Of a DNA stretch of 64,000 bases, positions 22,722 through 33,876 are shown in pieces. The DNA is taken from assembly GCA_947372225.1 (NCBI GenBank), contig CANBSV010000004.1, positions 830 through 64,829 on the forward strand, written 5' to 3'. Under the pieces are notes generated by a model. The model was not told the origin of the DNA. It searched no databases and saw only the letters and a list, made by a program, of their open reading frames with translations. This stretch comes from Burkholderiales bacterium (GTDB taxonomy: Bacteria; Pseudomonadota; Gammaproteobacteria; Burkholderiales; Burkholderiaceae_C). A program made the translations under genes and the position numbers. Within the stretch, counting starts at the first letter, position 1; each line of letters starts with the position of its first letter.

Positions 22722-23330
22722 CTAGGGCGCAGCCAAGCGCTGAACCCTCTCGAGCTTCAACAGCCAGTCCGGCTGGCCACCGATGCCGATTTGCATCGGG
22801 CGAGGCAACATGGTGGTGTCGAGCTTGTAGCTGAATTCCACGTAGTACTTCGAGCCGGCATCGAGCTGCCCCGGCTCGGCCAACCGCCAGCCGGTCATAC
22901 GGCGCACCGCGGTAACCGCCTCGGCGACGCTGTCGAAGTTCTGGTTCAACCCGCCGAAGCTGACGCGGTACGAACGGGTGAGCGGCTGGTAGGCCAGCCG
23001 CCAGGTGCGGCTGACGTGGCTGACCGCTTGGTCGCGCCAGTACCAGCGCTCACGAAACAGTGCGGCCTCGGCCACGAAATGCAGCGGAACGCCCTTGAGC
23101 AAGGCATCTTCGACGCTGGGGGGAAGATCAAAGCGCACAGCGAAATTGACCGCCACGCCGTCGTCGTTGTGAACGAGCTCGAACACGCTGAGTTCGGGCG
23201 TGCTCTCACCGGCCCAAGCGGCACAGCACCCCAAGAGACAGGCCAGCAACCACAGGCGCAGTAGGCGCGGCCACCGGTTGCCTATCGCACCGGGCCTGGG
23301 AGAGCAGTGATCCGTTGCGTGGAGTTGCAC
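22722..23330 (-). CDS. DUF4390-like exported protein
   Basis: It has a signal-like N-terminus (LLRLWLLACLLGCCAAWA). It sits between rsmB and the NtrY-like kinase, the conserved position I recall for DUF4390 in Burkholderiales. Confidence 0.55.
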   Translation of the reverse strand: MQLHATDHCSPRPGAIGNRWPRLLRLWLLACLLGCCAAWAGESTPELSVFELVHNDDGVAVNFAVRFDLPPSVEDALLKGVPLHFVAEAALFRERWYWRDQAVSHVSRTWRLAYQPLTRSYRVSFGGLNQNFDSVAEAVTAVRRMTGWRLAEPGQLDAGSKYYVEFSYKLDTTMLPRPMQIGIGGQPDWLLKLERVQRLAAP

Positions 23331-23345
23331 AGCAGTGCCCCGGGG

Positions 23346-24713
23346 TCAGTTCTTGATCAGCAGCGCGTAGAAAAATCCATCGGCGGGCACCGCGTTTTCA
23401 GCTGAATTGCCCGCTGAACCATTGTCGGCCAGCGGCAGCAGATGACCGGGTGAGAGCGGCTGTTCGGCGAACCGGGCGTCCATGTTGCGTTGCAAAAATA
23501 CGTCGATCTGGTCCTGTCCCTCGGCCTTGAACACCGAGCAGGTGCAGTAGAGCAAGCGCCCGCCGGACTTGAGCAGTGGCCACACTGCCGCGAGCAGCCG
23601 CGCTTGCAGCGCAGCCAGCGCGGAGATGTCGCTGGCGCGGCGCAGCCAGCGCACGTCGGGATGACGGCGCACGATGCCCGACGCCGAGCATGGCGCATCG
23701 AGCAAGATGGCATCGAAGGGCCGGCCGTCCCACCAATCGGCAGGCTCGCCGGCATCGCCCGCGCAAAGCGTTGCCGAGAGATGCAGCCGATCGAGCGTTT
23801 CTTGCACCCGCGCCAGGCGCAGCGCGTCCTGGTCGAGTGCCAGCACGTCGAGATCGGCCAGTTCCAGCAGGTGCGCTGTCTTGCCTCCCGGCGCGGCGCA
23901 GGCATCGAGCACCCGCGCACCCGGCGGCAACGCCGCACCGGCGAGCAGCAGCGGCGCGGCGCGCTGCGCGGATTCGTCCTGCACCGACACATCCCCATCG
24001 GCAAACCCGGGCAGGCGCTGCACGGGGCACGGTGCGTCGAGCAGCACGCCGTGCTCGCCCACCGGCCGCGCGCTCAGGCCGGCGCCTGCCAGACGCTGCA
24101 GGTATTGCGCCACGCTGCCATGTCGCGCGTTGACGCGCAGGGTCATCGGCGGGCGCAAGTCGTTGGCTTCGAGCAGCGCGGGCCACTGCTCCGGCCAGTC
24201 GGCTTGCAGTCGTTCGATCCACCACTGCGGGTGGTTGTGGCGTGCGCTGGGTGTGCCTTGCGCCACCTCGACCACAGCCGAGCGCTCGCGCAGAAAGCGC
24301 CGCAGCACAGCGTTGATGAACGAGGCGCTGGCAGGGTGCCTCTGGCGCGCGGCGGTCACCGCCTGATCGACCAGCGTGTGGTCGGCGTAAGGCGCCTGCC
24401 CATCGGGCCACAGCAGCGCCAGCGCGCTCAGCAGCAGGGCATCGACTGCCTTGGGTGGCGCCTTGGGTACCAGCACCACACGCGCAGCCAGCGCCTGGCC
24501 GAGACGACGCAGCACATGAAAGCTCAGTGACTGAACGCCGGGGCGCACGTCGTTCGGGCAACGAGCGAGCGCGGCAGTCAGGGACTGGCCAGCGCGCACT
24601 GCCGCGACCGCGTCAGCGGTCAGGCCCAGCAACCGGGACAGCGCCGGGGTGGCGCCCGCAGGGGTGCCGGGATCGCCGGCGGACGGGGGGAGTGCGTTGC
24701 CGGTTGGATTCAC
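23346..24713 (-). CDS. rsmB: 16S rRNA (cytosine967-C5)-methyltransferase RsmB
   Basis: NusB-like N-terminal region plus the MTase core: VLDACAAPGGKT, ILLDAPCSASGIVRRHPD, LLYCTCS. Confidence 0.9.
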   Translation of the reverse strand: MNPTGNALPPSAGDPGTPAGATPALSRLLGLTADAVAAVRAGQSLTAALARCPNDVRPGVQSLSFHVLRRLGQALAARVVLVPKAPPKAVDALLLSALALLWPDGQAPYADHTLVDQAVTAARQRHPASASFINAVLRRFLRERSAVVEVAQGTPSARHNHPQWWIERLQADWPEQWPALLEANDLRPPMTLRVNARHGSVAQYLQRLAGAGLSARPVGEHGVLLDAPCPVQRLPGFADGDVSVQDESAQRAAPLLLAGAALPPGARVLDACAAPGGKTAHLLELADLDVLALDQDALRLARVQETLDRLHLSATLCAGDAGEPADWWDGRPFDAILLDAPCSASGIVRRHPDVRWLRRASDISALAALQARLLAAVWPLLKSGGRLLYCTCSVFKAEGQDQIDVFLQRNMDARFAEQPLSPGHLLPLADNGSAGNSAENAVPADGFFYALLIKN

Positions 24714-24788
24714 CCTTGGAAGTCTACGGGTCGTCGAATGGGGTTACGCTTGTTTGGAACCACCCAGAAAAACAAGGAGACGCGCCCC

Positions 24789-25520
24789 ATGCCCGTTGAT
24801 CCGGACACCACGATCTTCAGGAGCGAAGAGCAGTTGGCGGCCATGAGCGCGTCGCAGCGCATCCGCTACAGGCTGGTCGCCGCCGATTGCCGCTATCACG
24901 CCAACGACAACATCTCCGCCTACATGCAAGAAGGTGAGCTGGACGAGTTGCGCGCCGAGGTGCAAGACAAGATGCAGCAGGTCCTCGAGGCACTGGTGAT
25001 CGACACCGACAGCGACCACAACACGCGCGAGACCGCGCAGCGTGTGGCCAAGATGTTCCTGACTGAGGTGTTTGGCGGGCGTTACACGCCGATGCCGTCC
25101 GTCACCGAATTTCCGAACATCTCTCGGCTCAACGAGCTGATGATCGTGGGCCCGGTCACCGTGCGCAGCGCGTGCTCGCACCACCTGTGTCCGATCATGG
25201 GCCGGGTGTGGATCGGCGTCCTGCCCAACGAACACTCCAACCTGATCGGCCTGTCCAAGTACTCGCGGATCTGTGAATGGATCATGAGCCGGCCGCAAAT
25301 CCAGGAAGAAGCGGTGACGATGTTGGCCAACGAGCTGCAAGACCGCGTCAAGCCCGACGGACTGGCCATCGTGATGGAGGCCGATCATTTCTGCATGCAC
25401 TGGCGCGGCGTGAAGGACACTTCAGCCAAGATGGTCAACAGCGTGATGCGCGGCGCCTTCCTGAAAGACCCCAACCTGCGCCGCGAATTTCTGTCCCTGC
25501 TCGACCAGACCAAGAGCTGA
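24789..25520 (+). CDS. folE: GTP cyclohydrolase I (FolE type)
   Basis: The start MPVDPDT has AAGGAG 8 nt upstream. Motifs: ACSHHLCPI (C-x-HH), IGLSKYSRI, SRPQIQEEAV, MEADHFCMHWRGV. Confidence 0.9.
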   Translation: MPVDPDTTIFRSEEQLAAMSASQRIRYRLVAADCRYHANDNISAYMQEGELDELRAEVQDKMQQVLEALVIDTDSDHNTRETAQRVAKMFLTEVFGGRYTPMPSVTEFPNISRLNELMIVGPVTVRSACSHHLCPIMGRVWIGVLPNEHSNLIGLSKYSRICEWIMSRPQIQEEAVTMLANELQDRVKPDGLAIVMEADHFCMHWRGVKDTSAKMVNSVMRGAFLKDPNLRREFLSLLDQTKS

Positions 25521-25556
25521 CCGTTCGAACCCCCGCCAGCCGCCCAGGAGAAACCC

Positions 25557-25985
25557 ATGCTCGTGCGCTTGATGTATGCCAGCCGCGCCGCCGATTCCGT
25601 CGATCAGGACACTCTGGCTGCGATCCTCAAGAAGTCCAAGGCCAACAACCCCGGGATAGGCGTGACCGGAGTGCTGTGCTTTTCCGGCGGCATCTTTTTG
25701 CAGGTGCTCGAGGGCGGACGTTCGCCGGTCAGCGCGCTCTACAACCGCATCGCCAACGACCCGCGGCACCACGACGTGGTGCTGCTGAGCTATGAGGAAA
25801 TTGGCGAACGCAGCTTTGCCAGCTGGTCGATGGGGCAGGTCAACCTCAACCGGCTGAATCCGGGCCTGCTGCTGAAGTATTCGGAGCGCCCGGAGCTCGA
25901 CCCTTACGCGGTGTCAGGTCAGGTGTCGCTCGCGCTGTTCAACGAGTTGGTGGCCACCGCCTCGATCATGGGCCAGGGCTGCTGA
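25557..25985 (+). CDS. Short stand-alone BLUF (blue-light FAD) photoreceptor
   Basis: LVRLMYASRA...NNPGIGVTGVLCFSGGIFLQVLEG...V..LYNRIANDPRH...FASWSM. This is a BLUF core with the conserved Tyr, Gln and Trp/Met positions. No output domain is present (142 aa). Confidence 0.85.
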   Translation: MLVRLMYASRAADSVDQDTLAAILKKSKANNPGIGVTGVLCFSGGIFLQVLEGGRSPVSALYNRIANDPRHHDVVLLSYEEIGERSFASWSMGQVNLNRLNPGLLLKYSERPELDPYAVSGQVSLALFNELVATASIMGQGC

Positions 25986-26003
25986 GCCGGGGCTTGTCGG
26001 CCG

Positions 26004-26549
26004 TCACAGGGTGCCGGCCACCCTGAAGCCAAACAGGTGGGCGATGACCCACGTCGGGAACTGCCGCACAGCCCGGTTGTAGTGATCGGTCGCCACGTTG
26101 AACTGATCGCGGGCAAACGCCAGTGTGTTGTCAGCGGCCGTCAGCTGCTCGACGAGAAACTCGGTCTCCAGACCACTCAGGCGCTCGTGACCGGCAGGCA
26201 ATGCGGCCAGCAGGCGCTGGCGTGCCGAGGTCAGTACCGACTCGGCCAGACGCACACTGCTCGCCAAGGGGGCGGAGGCGGGTTGCGCCAGCAGCGCATC
26301 ACCGGCCCCCTGCAACTGGGCGCAAGCGGCCCGAACGGCATCGCTCCACTGCGTGGACGGCTCGAGGACCGGGGCCAGCCCATCGCACCAGCGCAGCAAC
26401 AGGTCGTGGCGCTGCCGGATCTGCGACTCGAGCGGCGCGATGGCGCGAGCGATCGCGTTGCGCAAGGCAACCAGGCGGTTGTAGGCGCCCACGCCCCAGA
26501 ACAGCAACAGCGCGCACAACGCCAACAAGGCGATCTGGGTGGTGCTCAT
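26004..26549 (-). CDS. LemA-family protein
   Basis: N-terminal TM segment followed by YNRLVALRN. The C-terminal end reads YNRAVRQFPTWVIAHLFGF. Confidence 0.8.
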   Translation of the reverse strand: MSTTQIALLALCALLLFWGVGAYNRLVALRNAIARAIAPLESQIRQRHDLLLRWCDGLAPVLEPSTQWSDAVRAACAQLQGAGDALLAQPASAPLASSVRLAESVLTSARQRLLAALPAGHERLSGLETEFLVEQLTAADNTLAFARDQFNVATDHYNRAVRQFPTWVIAHLFGFRVAGTL

Positions 26550-26588
26550 GCGGGAGCGATCACTGCGTCAGCCGCGACACGGTTCGGC

Positions 26589-27869
26589 TCAAGTGCGCAC
26601 TTCGCCCTGCCCCAGCACGACCCACTTCAACGAGGTCAGTCCCTCCAGGCCCACCGGGCCGCGGGCGTGCAGCTTGTCGGTGCTGATGCCGATTTCGGCG
26701 CCCAGGCCGTATTCGAAGCCGTCGGCAAAGCGCGTGCTGGCGTTGACCATCACGCTGGATGAGTCGACCTCGCGCACAAAACGCATGGCGCTCGGATGGT
26801 GCTCGGTCAGGATGGCGTCGGTGTGGTGCGAACCGCAGCGGTTGATGTGCGCGATGGCCTCGTCCAGATCGGCCACCACCTTGACGCTGATGATGGGCGC
26901 CAGGTACTCCTCGAACCAGTCCTGCTCGGTGGCCGCCACCACGCGCGCGCCGGGGACGCCCGACAGCAACGCCACGCTGGCAGCATCGCCGCGCATCTCG
27001 ACGCCCTTCGCGGCAAACAGCGCGCCGATGCGCGGCAGGAACTCACCGGCAACCGCCGCGTGAACCAGCAGCGACTCGGCGGCGTTGCACGGGCTGTACT
27101 TCTGCGTCTTGGCGTTGTCGGTGACGCGCAGCGCCAGCGCCATCTCGGCAGTGGCATCGACGTAGACATGACAGTTGCCGTCGAGGTGCTTGATCACGGG
27201 CACCTTGGCCTCGCGCGAGATGCGCTCGATGAGCCCCTTGCCGCCCCGCGGAATGATCACGTCCACCGCTTCGGGCGAGGCGATCAGGTGGCCCACGGCG
27301 GCACGGTCGGTGGTCTCCACCAGCTGCACGGCTTCAGCGGGCAAACCGGCTTCCACCAAGGCGGCTTGCACCAGCTTCCACAGCGCCAGGTTGGAGTGGA
27401 TGGCCTCGGAGCCACCGCGCAAGATGCACGCGTTGCCGCTCTTGATGGACAGCGAGGCCGCCTCGATCGTCACGTTGGGCCGGCTCTCGTAGATCATGCC
27501 GAACACGCCCAGCGGCACGCGCATCTGGCCCACCGAAATGCCGCTCGGGCGCTGGCGCAAGTGGGTGATCTCGCCGATCGGATCGGGCATGGCGGCGATC
27601 TGCTCGCAGCCTTCGGCCACGGTGGCGATCACCGCGTCGGTGAGCTTGAGCCGGTCGACCATGGCCGCGGGCGTGCCGGCCGCGGTGGCTGCGGCCAGAT
27701 CGAGCGCGTTGGCCTCGCGCAGCGCGGCGGGGTCCGCGCGCAGCAAGCGCGCCAGCGCCACCAGCGCAAGGTTGCGTGCGGCCGTGGGGGCAGCGGCCAT
27801 GCGGGCGCTGGCAGCGCGGGCGGCCAAGCCCATGCGGGCGATCAGGGCTTGCAGGTCGGGCGTGGTCAT
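26589..27869 (-). CDS. proA: Gamma-glutamyl phosphate reductase
   Basis: Start at [10 protein letters not shown] (27869) within track ORF 26589..28031. Motifs: [43 protein letters not shown]. Confidence 0.9.
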   Translation of the reverse strand: MTTPDLQALIARMGLAARAASARMAAAPTAARNLALVALARLLRADPAALREANALDLAAATAAGTPAAMVDRLKLTDAVIATVAEGCEQIAAMPDPIGEITHLRQRPSGISVGQMRVPLGVFGMIYESRPNVTIEAASLSIKSGNACILRGGSEAIHSNLALWKLVQAALVEAGLPAEAVQLVETTDRAAVGHLIASPEAVDVIIPRGGKGLIERISREAKVPVIKHLDGNCHVYVDATAEMALALRVTDNAKTQKYSPCNAAESLLVHAAVAGEFLPRIGALFAAKGVEMRGDAASVALLSGVPGARVVAATEQDWFEEYLAPIISVKVVADLDEAIAHINRCGSHHTDAILTEHHPSAMRFVREVDSSSVMVNASTRFADGFEYGLGAEIGISTDKLHARGPVGLEGLTSLKWVVLGQGEVRT

Positions 27870-27922
27870 CGCAAAAAACTCCACATCAGGGACAAAACAA
27901 ACGCAGCGGGCGCGGCAAGGTC

Positions 27923-28507
27923 CTAGCCGCGCTCGAACTTGAACACCGCGGTGCTGGCCATCAGGTTGGGCCAGCGACGCACGCAAGCGCCGTCCTGGAT
28001 GCCGAACGCATCGAGCACACGCAGCCCGCAACGCTGCGCCAGCCCTTCGAAATCAGCATAGGTGCTCACGCGGATATTGGGCGTGTCGTACCACTCGTAG
28101 GGCAGCGCACGGGTCACGGGCATGCGCCCGCCGATGACGCTGAGCCGGTTGGGCCAATGCGCGAAATTCGGGAACGACACGATGCCGATGCGCCCGACGC
28201 GGGCGGTCTCGAGCAGCATGCTCTCGGTGTTGCGCAGGTGCTGGAGCGTGTCAAGCTGCAGCACCACATCGAAGCTTTGGTCATCGAAGATGGCCAGGCC
28301 TTCTTCGAGGTTCAGCTGGATCACGTTGACGCCGCGCTGCTCGCACGCCAGCACATTGGCGTCGGCGATTTCGATGCCATAGCCGGTGCACTGGCGTTGG
28401 TCGCGCAAGTAGGCCAGCGTCTCGCCCGAGCCGCAGCCCAGATCGAGCACGCGCGAACCGGGCGGCACCAATGAGGCGATCAGCTCGAGTGCTTGATGGT
28501 TGTTCAT
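27923..28507 (-). CDS. metW: Methionine biosynthesis protein MetW
   Basis: [15 protein letters not shown]-binding motif and the MetW-typical FPNFAHW...[14 protein letters not shown] overlap with metX. Confidence 0.9.
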   Translation of the reverse strand: MNNHQALELIASLVPPGSRVLDLGCGSGETLAYLRDQRQCTGYGIEIADANVLACEQRGVNVIQLNLEEGLAIFDDQSFDVVLQLDTLQHLRNTESMLLETARVGRIGIVSFPNFAHWPNRLSVIGGRMPVTRALPYEWYDTPNIRVSTYADFEGLAQRCGLRVLDAFGIQDGACVRRWPNLMASTAVFKFERG

Positions 28508-29664
28508 CGCGCGGCCTCCGGGGCGATCTCGCTGGCGATGTGCTCGAAGCGCGCGCGCAGCACGCCGTGGTAGCGAGCGTCGTCAAGCAAGAAGGCGTCG
28601 TGCCCGTGCGGCGCGGCGATTTCGGCGTAACTGACGTCGAGCCGGTTGTCGAGCAGCGCCTTGACGATCTCGCGTGAGCGCGCCGGCGGAAAGCGCCAGT
28701 CGGTGGTGAAACTCACCAGCTGGAATTTCGCGCGCGCCTTGGCGAATGCGGCCGACAGGTTGCCGCCGTGCTCACGCGCAGGATCGAAGTAGTCGAGCAC
28801 CCGGGTGATCAGCAAGTAGCTGTTGGCGTCGAAATACTCGCTGAACTTGTCGCCCTGGTGGCGCAGGTAGCTCTCGATCTCGAACTCGATGTCTTGCGTG
28901 GTGTATCGCGGCTCGGTGGCATCGCGCAGGTTGCGGCCGAACTTGGCGGCCATCGTGTCGTCGCTCAGATAGGTGATGTGGCCGATCATGCGAGCCACCC
29001 GCAGGCCACGCTTGGGGACCACGCCATGCGCCTGATAGTGGCCCGCGTGGAAGTCGGGGTCGGTCACGATGGCGCGACGGGCCACCTCGTTGAACGCGAT
29101 GTTCTGGGCCGACAGATTCGGCGCCGTCGCGATGGCGATGCAGTGCCTGATGCGCTGCGGGTAACGGATCGCCCAGTCGAGTGCCTGCATGCCGCCCAGG
29201 CTGCCGCCGATCACCGCAGCGAGTTGGGTGATCCCCAGCGCTTCGCACAGGCGTGCTTGCGCGTCGACCCAGTCTTCGACGGTGACCACCGGGAAGTCGG
29301 CGCCGTACGGCTGCTGGGTGGCCGGGTTGAGGTGCGTCGGACCCGTCGAGCCGAAGCACGATCCGGGGTTGTTGACGCCGATCACGAAGAAACGGTCCGT
29401 GTCCAGCGGCTTGCCCGGGCCCACCAGGTTGTCCCACCAGCCGGTGCTTCTGGAATCGCCCTCGTAGACACCCGCGACGTGGTGGCTGGCATTGAGCGCG
29501 TGGCACACCAGCACCGCGTTCGAGCGCTCGGCGTTGAGCGAGCCGTAGGTCTCGAACATCAGCGTGTAGTCGCGCAACACCGCACCGCTGCGCAGCGGCA
29601 GTGGCTGCGCGAACGACATCGTTTGCGGTCGGACGTGTCCCAGCAAATTCATCAACATGCACAC
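28504..29664 (-). CDS. metX: Homoserine O-acyltransferase MetX (acetyl versus succinyl specificity not decidable here)
   Basis: Motifs: [58 protein letters not shown]. The start is ambiguous: 29664, 29652 or 29619 (MSFAQPL). Confidence 0.9.
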   Translation of the reverse strand: MCMLMNLLGHVRPQTMSFAQPLPLRSGAVLRDYTLMFETYGSLNAERSNAVLVCHALNASHHVAGVYEGDSRSTGWWDNLVGPGKPLDTDRFFVIGVNNPGSCFGSTGPTHLNPATQQPYGADFPVVTVEDWVDAQARLCEALGITQLAAVIGGSLGGMQALDWAIRYPQRIRHCIAIATAPNLSAQNIAFNEVARRAIVTDPDFHAGHYQAHGVVPKRGLRVARMIGHITYLSDDTMAAKFGRNLRDATEPRYTTQDIEFEIESYLRHQGDKFSEYFDANSYLLITRVLDYFDPAREHGGNLSAAFAKARAKFQLVSFTTDWRFPPARSREIVKALLDNRLDVSYAEIAAPHGHDAFLLDDARYHGVLRARFEHIASEIAPEAAR

Positions 29665-29760
29665 GGTACGCGGCCGGCCGCTCGGCGGCTCAAGCCTGGG
29701 TCAAGGGGGCGGCGACGGGCGCCGGCGGACGCGCAAAAAGCGGGGTCTCGGAAATCCTGT

Positions 29761-29808
29761 GTTTAGCGGGTTTTGTAGAGCGCCCGCAAGCCGGAGCAAA
29801 TCAGCGCT
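29761..29808 (-). ncRNA. Candidate H-type pseudoknot in the metX leader (possible SAM-II-like riboswitch)
   Basis: The minus strand reads AGCGC-UGAUUUGCUCCGGCUU-GCGGG-GCGCU-CUACAAAA-CCCGC-UAAAC. The two interleaved 5-bp GC helices are AGCGC/GCGCU and GCGGG/CCCGC, with a U-rich loop 1 and an A-rich loop 3. The resemblance to SAM-II (GAUUU...GCUU...AAA..GCUAAA) is from memory only. Confidence 0.25.
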
Positions 29809-29962
29809 GGAGCCAGTATAGCCAGCCACCCCGACGGCTCCAGCAGAGCACCACGGCGCCCAGAACAAGGCGGATTGCAAGGGTCTGTTCCCGAGCCGCT
29901 ACGTCGCTCCAGCGGCTAGGATCATCCGGACCGGCCGTCGGGCCGCTTTGTGAGGAACGCCC

Positions 29963-31642
29963 ATGACCGCCTGGCTCTCGAAACTCGACGCCCACCTGCC
30001 GATTCGCTATGCCACGTGGGTCGCCTGCGCGGTCGGCTTCGCGATCAGCCTGTGGGTCGAACTCACGATGCCTCTTGGGGTGGGCTGGTTCTGGCTCGTG
30101 CCGCTGGCACTCGGAGCGCTGGTGCTGGTTGGCGGCCACGACGCCCGGCAGCAAAGCCACTCGATCCTGCGCAACTACCCGGTCATCGGCCACCTGCGCT
30201 TTCTGCTCGAACTGATCCGCCCCGAAATCCGCCAGTACTTCATCGAAAGCGACAGCGAAGCGGCGCCGTTTTCACGGCAGCAGCGCTCACTGGTCTACCA
30301 GCGGGCCAAGGGTGAGTCGGACAAGCGCCCGTTTGGCACGCAAAAGGACGTCAACGCCCAAGGCTACGAGTGGATCAACCACTCCTTGCAGCCCACCAGA
30401 CTGCGCGGCCACGACTTTCGCATCGTCATCGGTGGCGCTGCGGGAACGTCCGGCACGCCATGCACGCAGCCCTACAGCGCCAGCGTGTTCAACATCTCGG
30501 CCATGAGCTTCGGCGCGTTGTCGGCCAACGCCATCCTCGCTCTCAACGAGGGTGCCCGTCGCGGCGGCTTTGCCCACGACACCGGCGAGGGCTCGATCAG
30601 CCGCTACCACCGCGGGGCACTCGGCGATGGCTCAGGCGGCGATTTGATCTGGGAAATCGGCTCGGGGTACTTCGGCTGCCGCAATGCCGATGGCAGCTTC
30701 AATGCCGATCTGTTTGCCCAGAACGCAGCCAGCACCCAGGTCAAGATGATCGAGCTCAAGCTGAGTCAAGGCGCCAAGCCGGGGCACGGCGGTGTGCTGC
30801 CCGGCCCGAAGGTGACCATCGAAATCGCCGAGGCGCGTGGCGTGCCGCCGGGGGTCGACTGCGTGAGCCCGGCCAGTCACAGCGCGTTCACCACGCCGAT
30901 CGAAATGATGCAGTTCATCGACCGCCTGCGTGGCTTGTCCGGCGGCAAGCCGGTGGGCTTCAAGCTGTGCATCGGTCACCCTTGGGAGTGGTTTGCGATC
31001 GCCAAGGCGATGCTCGAGACCGGCATCACACCCGACTTCATCGTGGTCGATGGCGGCGAAGGTGGCACCGGCGCCGCGCCGCTGGAATTCACCGATCACG
31101 TCGGCGCGCCGCTGCAAGAAGGTCTGATGCTCGTGCACAACACGCTGGTCGGTCTGAACCTGCGCGACCGCGTGAAGATCGGCTGTGCCGGCAAGATCGT
31201 CAGTGCGTTCGACATCGTGCGCGCCATGGCGCTGGGCGCCGATTGGTGCAATTCAGCCCGGGGGTTCATGTTCGCGCTGGGCTGCATCCAGGCCCAAACC
31301 TGCCACACCGGCGCATGCCCCACCGGCGTGAGCACCCAGGATCCCTGGCGGCAGCAAGCGCTGGTGGTGCCGACCAAGGCCGAACGGGTGTTCAACTTTC
31401 ACCAAAGCACGCTCAAGGCGCTGCAAGAGCTGGTGCAAGCGGCGGGGCTCAACCACCCCGAAGGCATCACCGCCGACCACATCGTGCGTCGCAGCGAGAA
31501 CAACAAGGTCCAGCTGCTGAGCAACTTGCTGCCCTTCGTCAAGCCGGGTGAGCTGCTCGCTGGCGAGCTGCCCCACAACGTCTTCAGGCTTTACTGGCCC
31601 ATGGCCCAGGCGAACAGCTTTCAGGTGGTGCCGGCGGGCTGA
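29963..31642 (+). CDS. Membrane-anchored FMN-binding glutamate-synthase-family (GltB domain 2-like) protein
   Basis: N-terminal TM helices, then SAMSFGALS, KLSQGAKPGHGGVLPG, DFIVVDGGEGGTGAAP and CHTGACPTGV. Confidence 0.85.
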   Translation: MTAWLSKLDAHLPIRYATWVACAVGFAISLWVELTMPLGVGWFWLVPLALGALVLVGGHDARQQSHSILRNYPVIGHLRFLLELIRPEIRQYFIESDSEAAPFSRQQRSLVYQRAKGESDKRPFGTQKDVNAQGYEWINHSLQPTRLRGHDFRIVIGGAAGTSGTPCTQPYSASVFNISAMSFGALSANAILALNEGARRGGFAHDTGEGSISRYHRGALGDGSGGDLIWEIGSGYFGCRNADGSFNADLFAQNAASTQVKMIELKLSQGAKPGHGGVLPGPKVTIEIAEARGVPPGVDCVSPASHSAFTTPIEMMQFIDRLRGLSGGKPVGFKLCIGHPWEWFAIAKAMLETGITPDFIVVDGGEGGTGAAPLEFTDHVGAPLQEGLMLVHNTLVGLNLRDRVKIGCAGKIVSAFDIVRAMALGADWCNSARGFMFALGCIQAQTCHTGACPTGVSTQDPWRQQALVVPTKAERVFNFHQSTLKALQELVQAAGLNHPEGITADHIVRRSENNKVQLLSNLLPFVKPGELLAGELPHNVFRLYWPMAQANSFQVVPAG

Positions 31643-31650
31643 AGCCCCTC

Positions 31651-32268
31651 TCAGGCCGGTGGCTGGCTGTCGATGAAGCTGGGGCGGGCATACAGTTTTT
31701 CGGACAACCGCTGCAAATTGCCGTACGAACTGCGCCAGTCGATGTGCGCAAAGCGGAAGTCGAGATACCCCAGCGCGCAGCCCACGGCCACATCGGCCAG
31801 CGTGAGATGGTTGCCGTTGCAGCACCAGGGCTTGTCGGCCAGACCCGAACTCATGGCGGCCAGCGAGGAATGCACCTTGCCCATCTGGCGATCCACCCAC
31901 GCGGCACTGCGCTCGCCGTCGGCACGACCGGCCCAGGTCTGTTCGAGTCGCACCGAGACAGCAGCATCGAGCACGCCATCAGCCAGCGCTTCCCAGGTGC
32001 GCACCTCGGCGCGCTCACGGCCGCGCTCGGGAATCAGTCGGCCCACCGGCGACAAGGTGTCGACGTACTCGACGATCACCCGCGAATCAAACACGGCCTC
32101 GCCGCCCTCCATCACCAGACAAGGGACCTTGCCCAACGGGTTGGACGCGAGGATGCGGTCTTCGCCCCACACGTCTTCGAGCTCGAGGTGGTAGTCGAGC
32201 TTCTTTTCGGCCAGCACGACGCGAACCTTGCGCACGTAAGGGCTGGTGAGCGAACCGAGGAGTTTCAT
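31651..32268 (-). CDS. Glutathione S-transferase
   Basis: MKLLGSLTSPYVRKVRVVL...NPLGKVPCLV...DSRVIVEYV thioredoxin-like N-domain plus a helical C-domain. Confidence 0.85.
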   Translation of the reverse strand: MKLLGSLTSPYVRKVRVVLAEKKLDYHLELEDVWGEDRILASNPLGKVPCLVMEGGEAVFDSRVIVEYVDTLSPVGRLIPERGRERAEVRTWEALADGVLDAAVSVRLEQTWAGRADGERSAAWVDRQMGKVHSSLAAMSSGLADKPWCCNGNHLTLADVAVGCALGYLDFRFAHIDWRSSYGNLQRLSEKLYARPSFIDSQPPA

Positions 32269-32446
32269 GAAGGAACGCGTGACGCGTGTGGTCGCAGGAG
32301 GAAAGACGGGTGTAACCGGATGTGAAATTCATTCTAACGACGCGATTTTTCAATCCGGCAGCCCGCCCCACCCTCATCTCGCGCGGCGGCGCGCGCCCCT
32401 GGTGCCGGCAGCGCCGTGACGCCGCACCGCGCGCCATGGCCCCTAA

Positions 32447-33865
<1,419 letters not shown>

Positions 33866-33876
33866 TACGCGGCGCC

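Noticed and set aside
24714-24788. preQ1-riboswitch-like tail (CCACCCAGAAAAACAAGGAG) upstream of folE. It resembles the CCCAG-A-rich-AAGG 3' end of class I preQ1 aptamers, and folE feeds queuosine synthesis.
   Set aside because: I could not find a 5' strand able to pair with CCCAG at the required distance of about 10-12 nt. The nearest candidates leave a 5-nt or a 20-nt loop. The A-rich/AAGGAG stretch is adequately explained as the ribosome-binding site.
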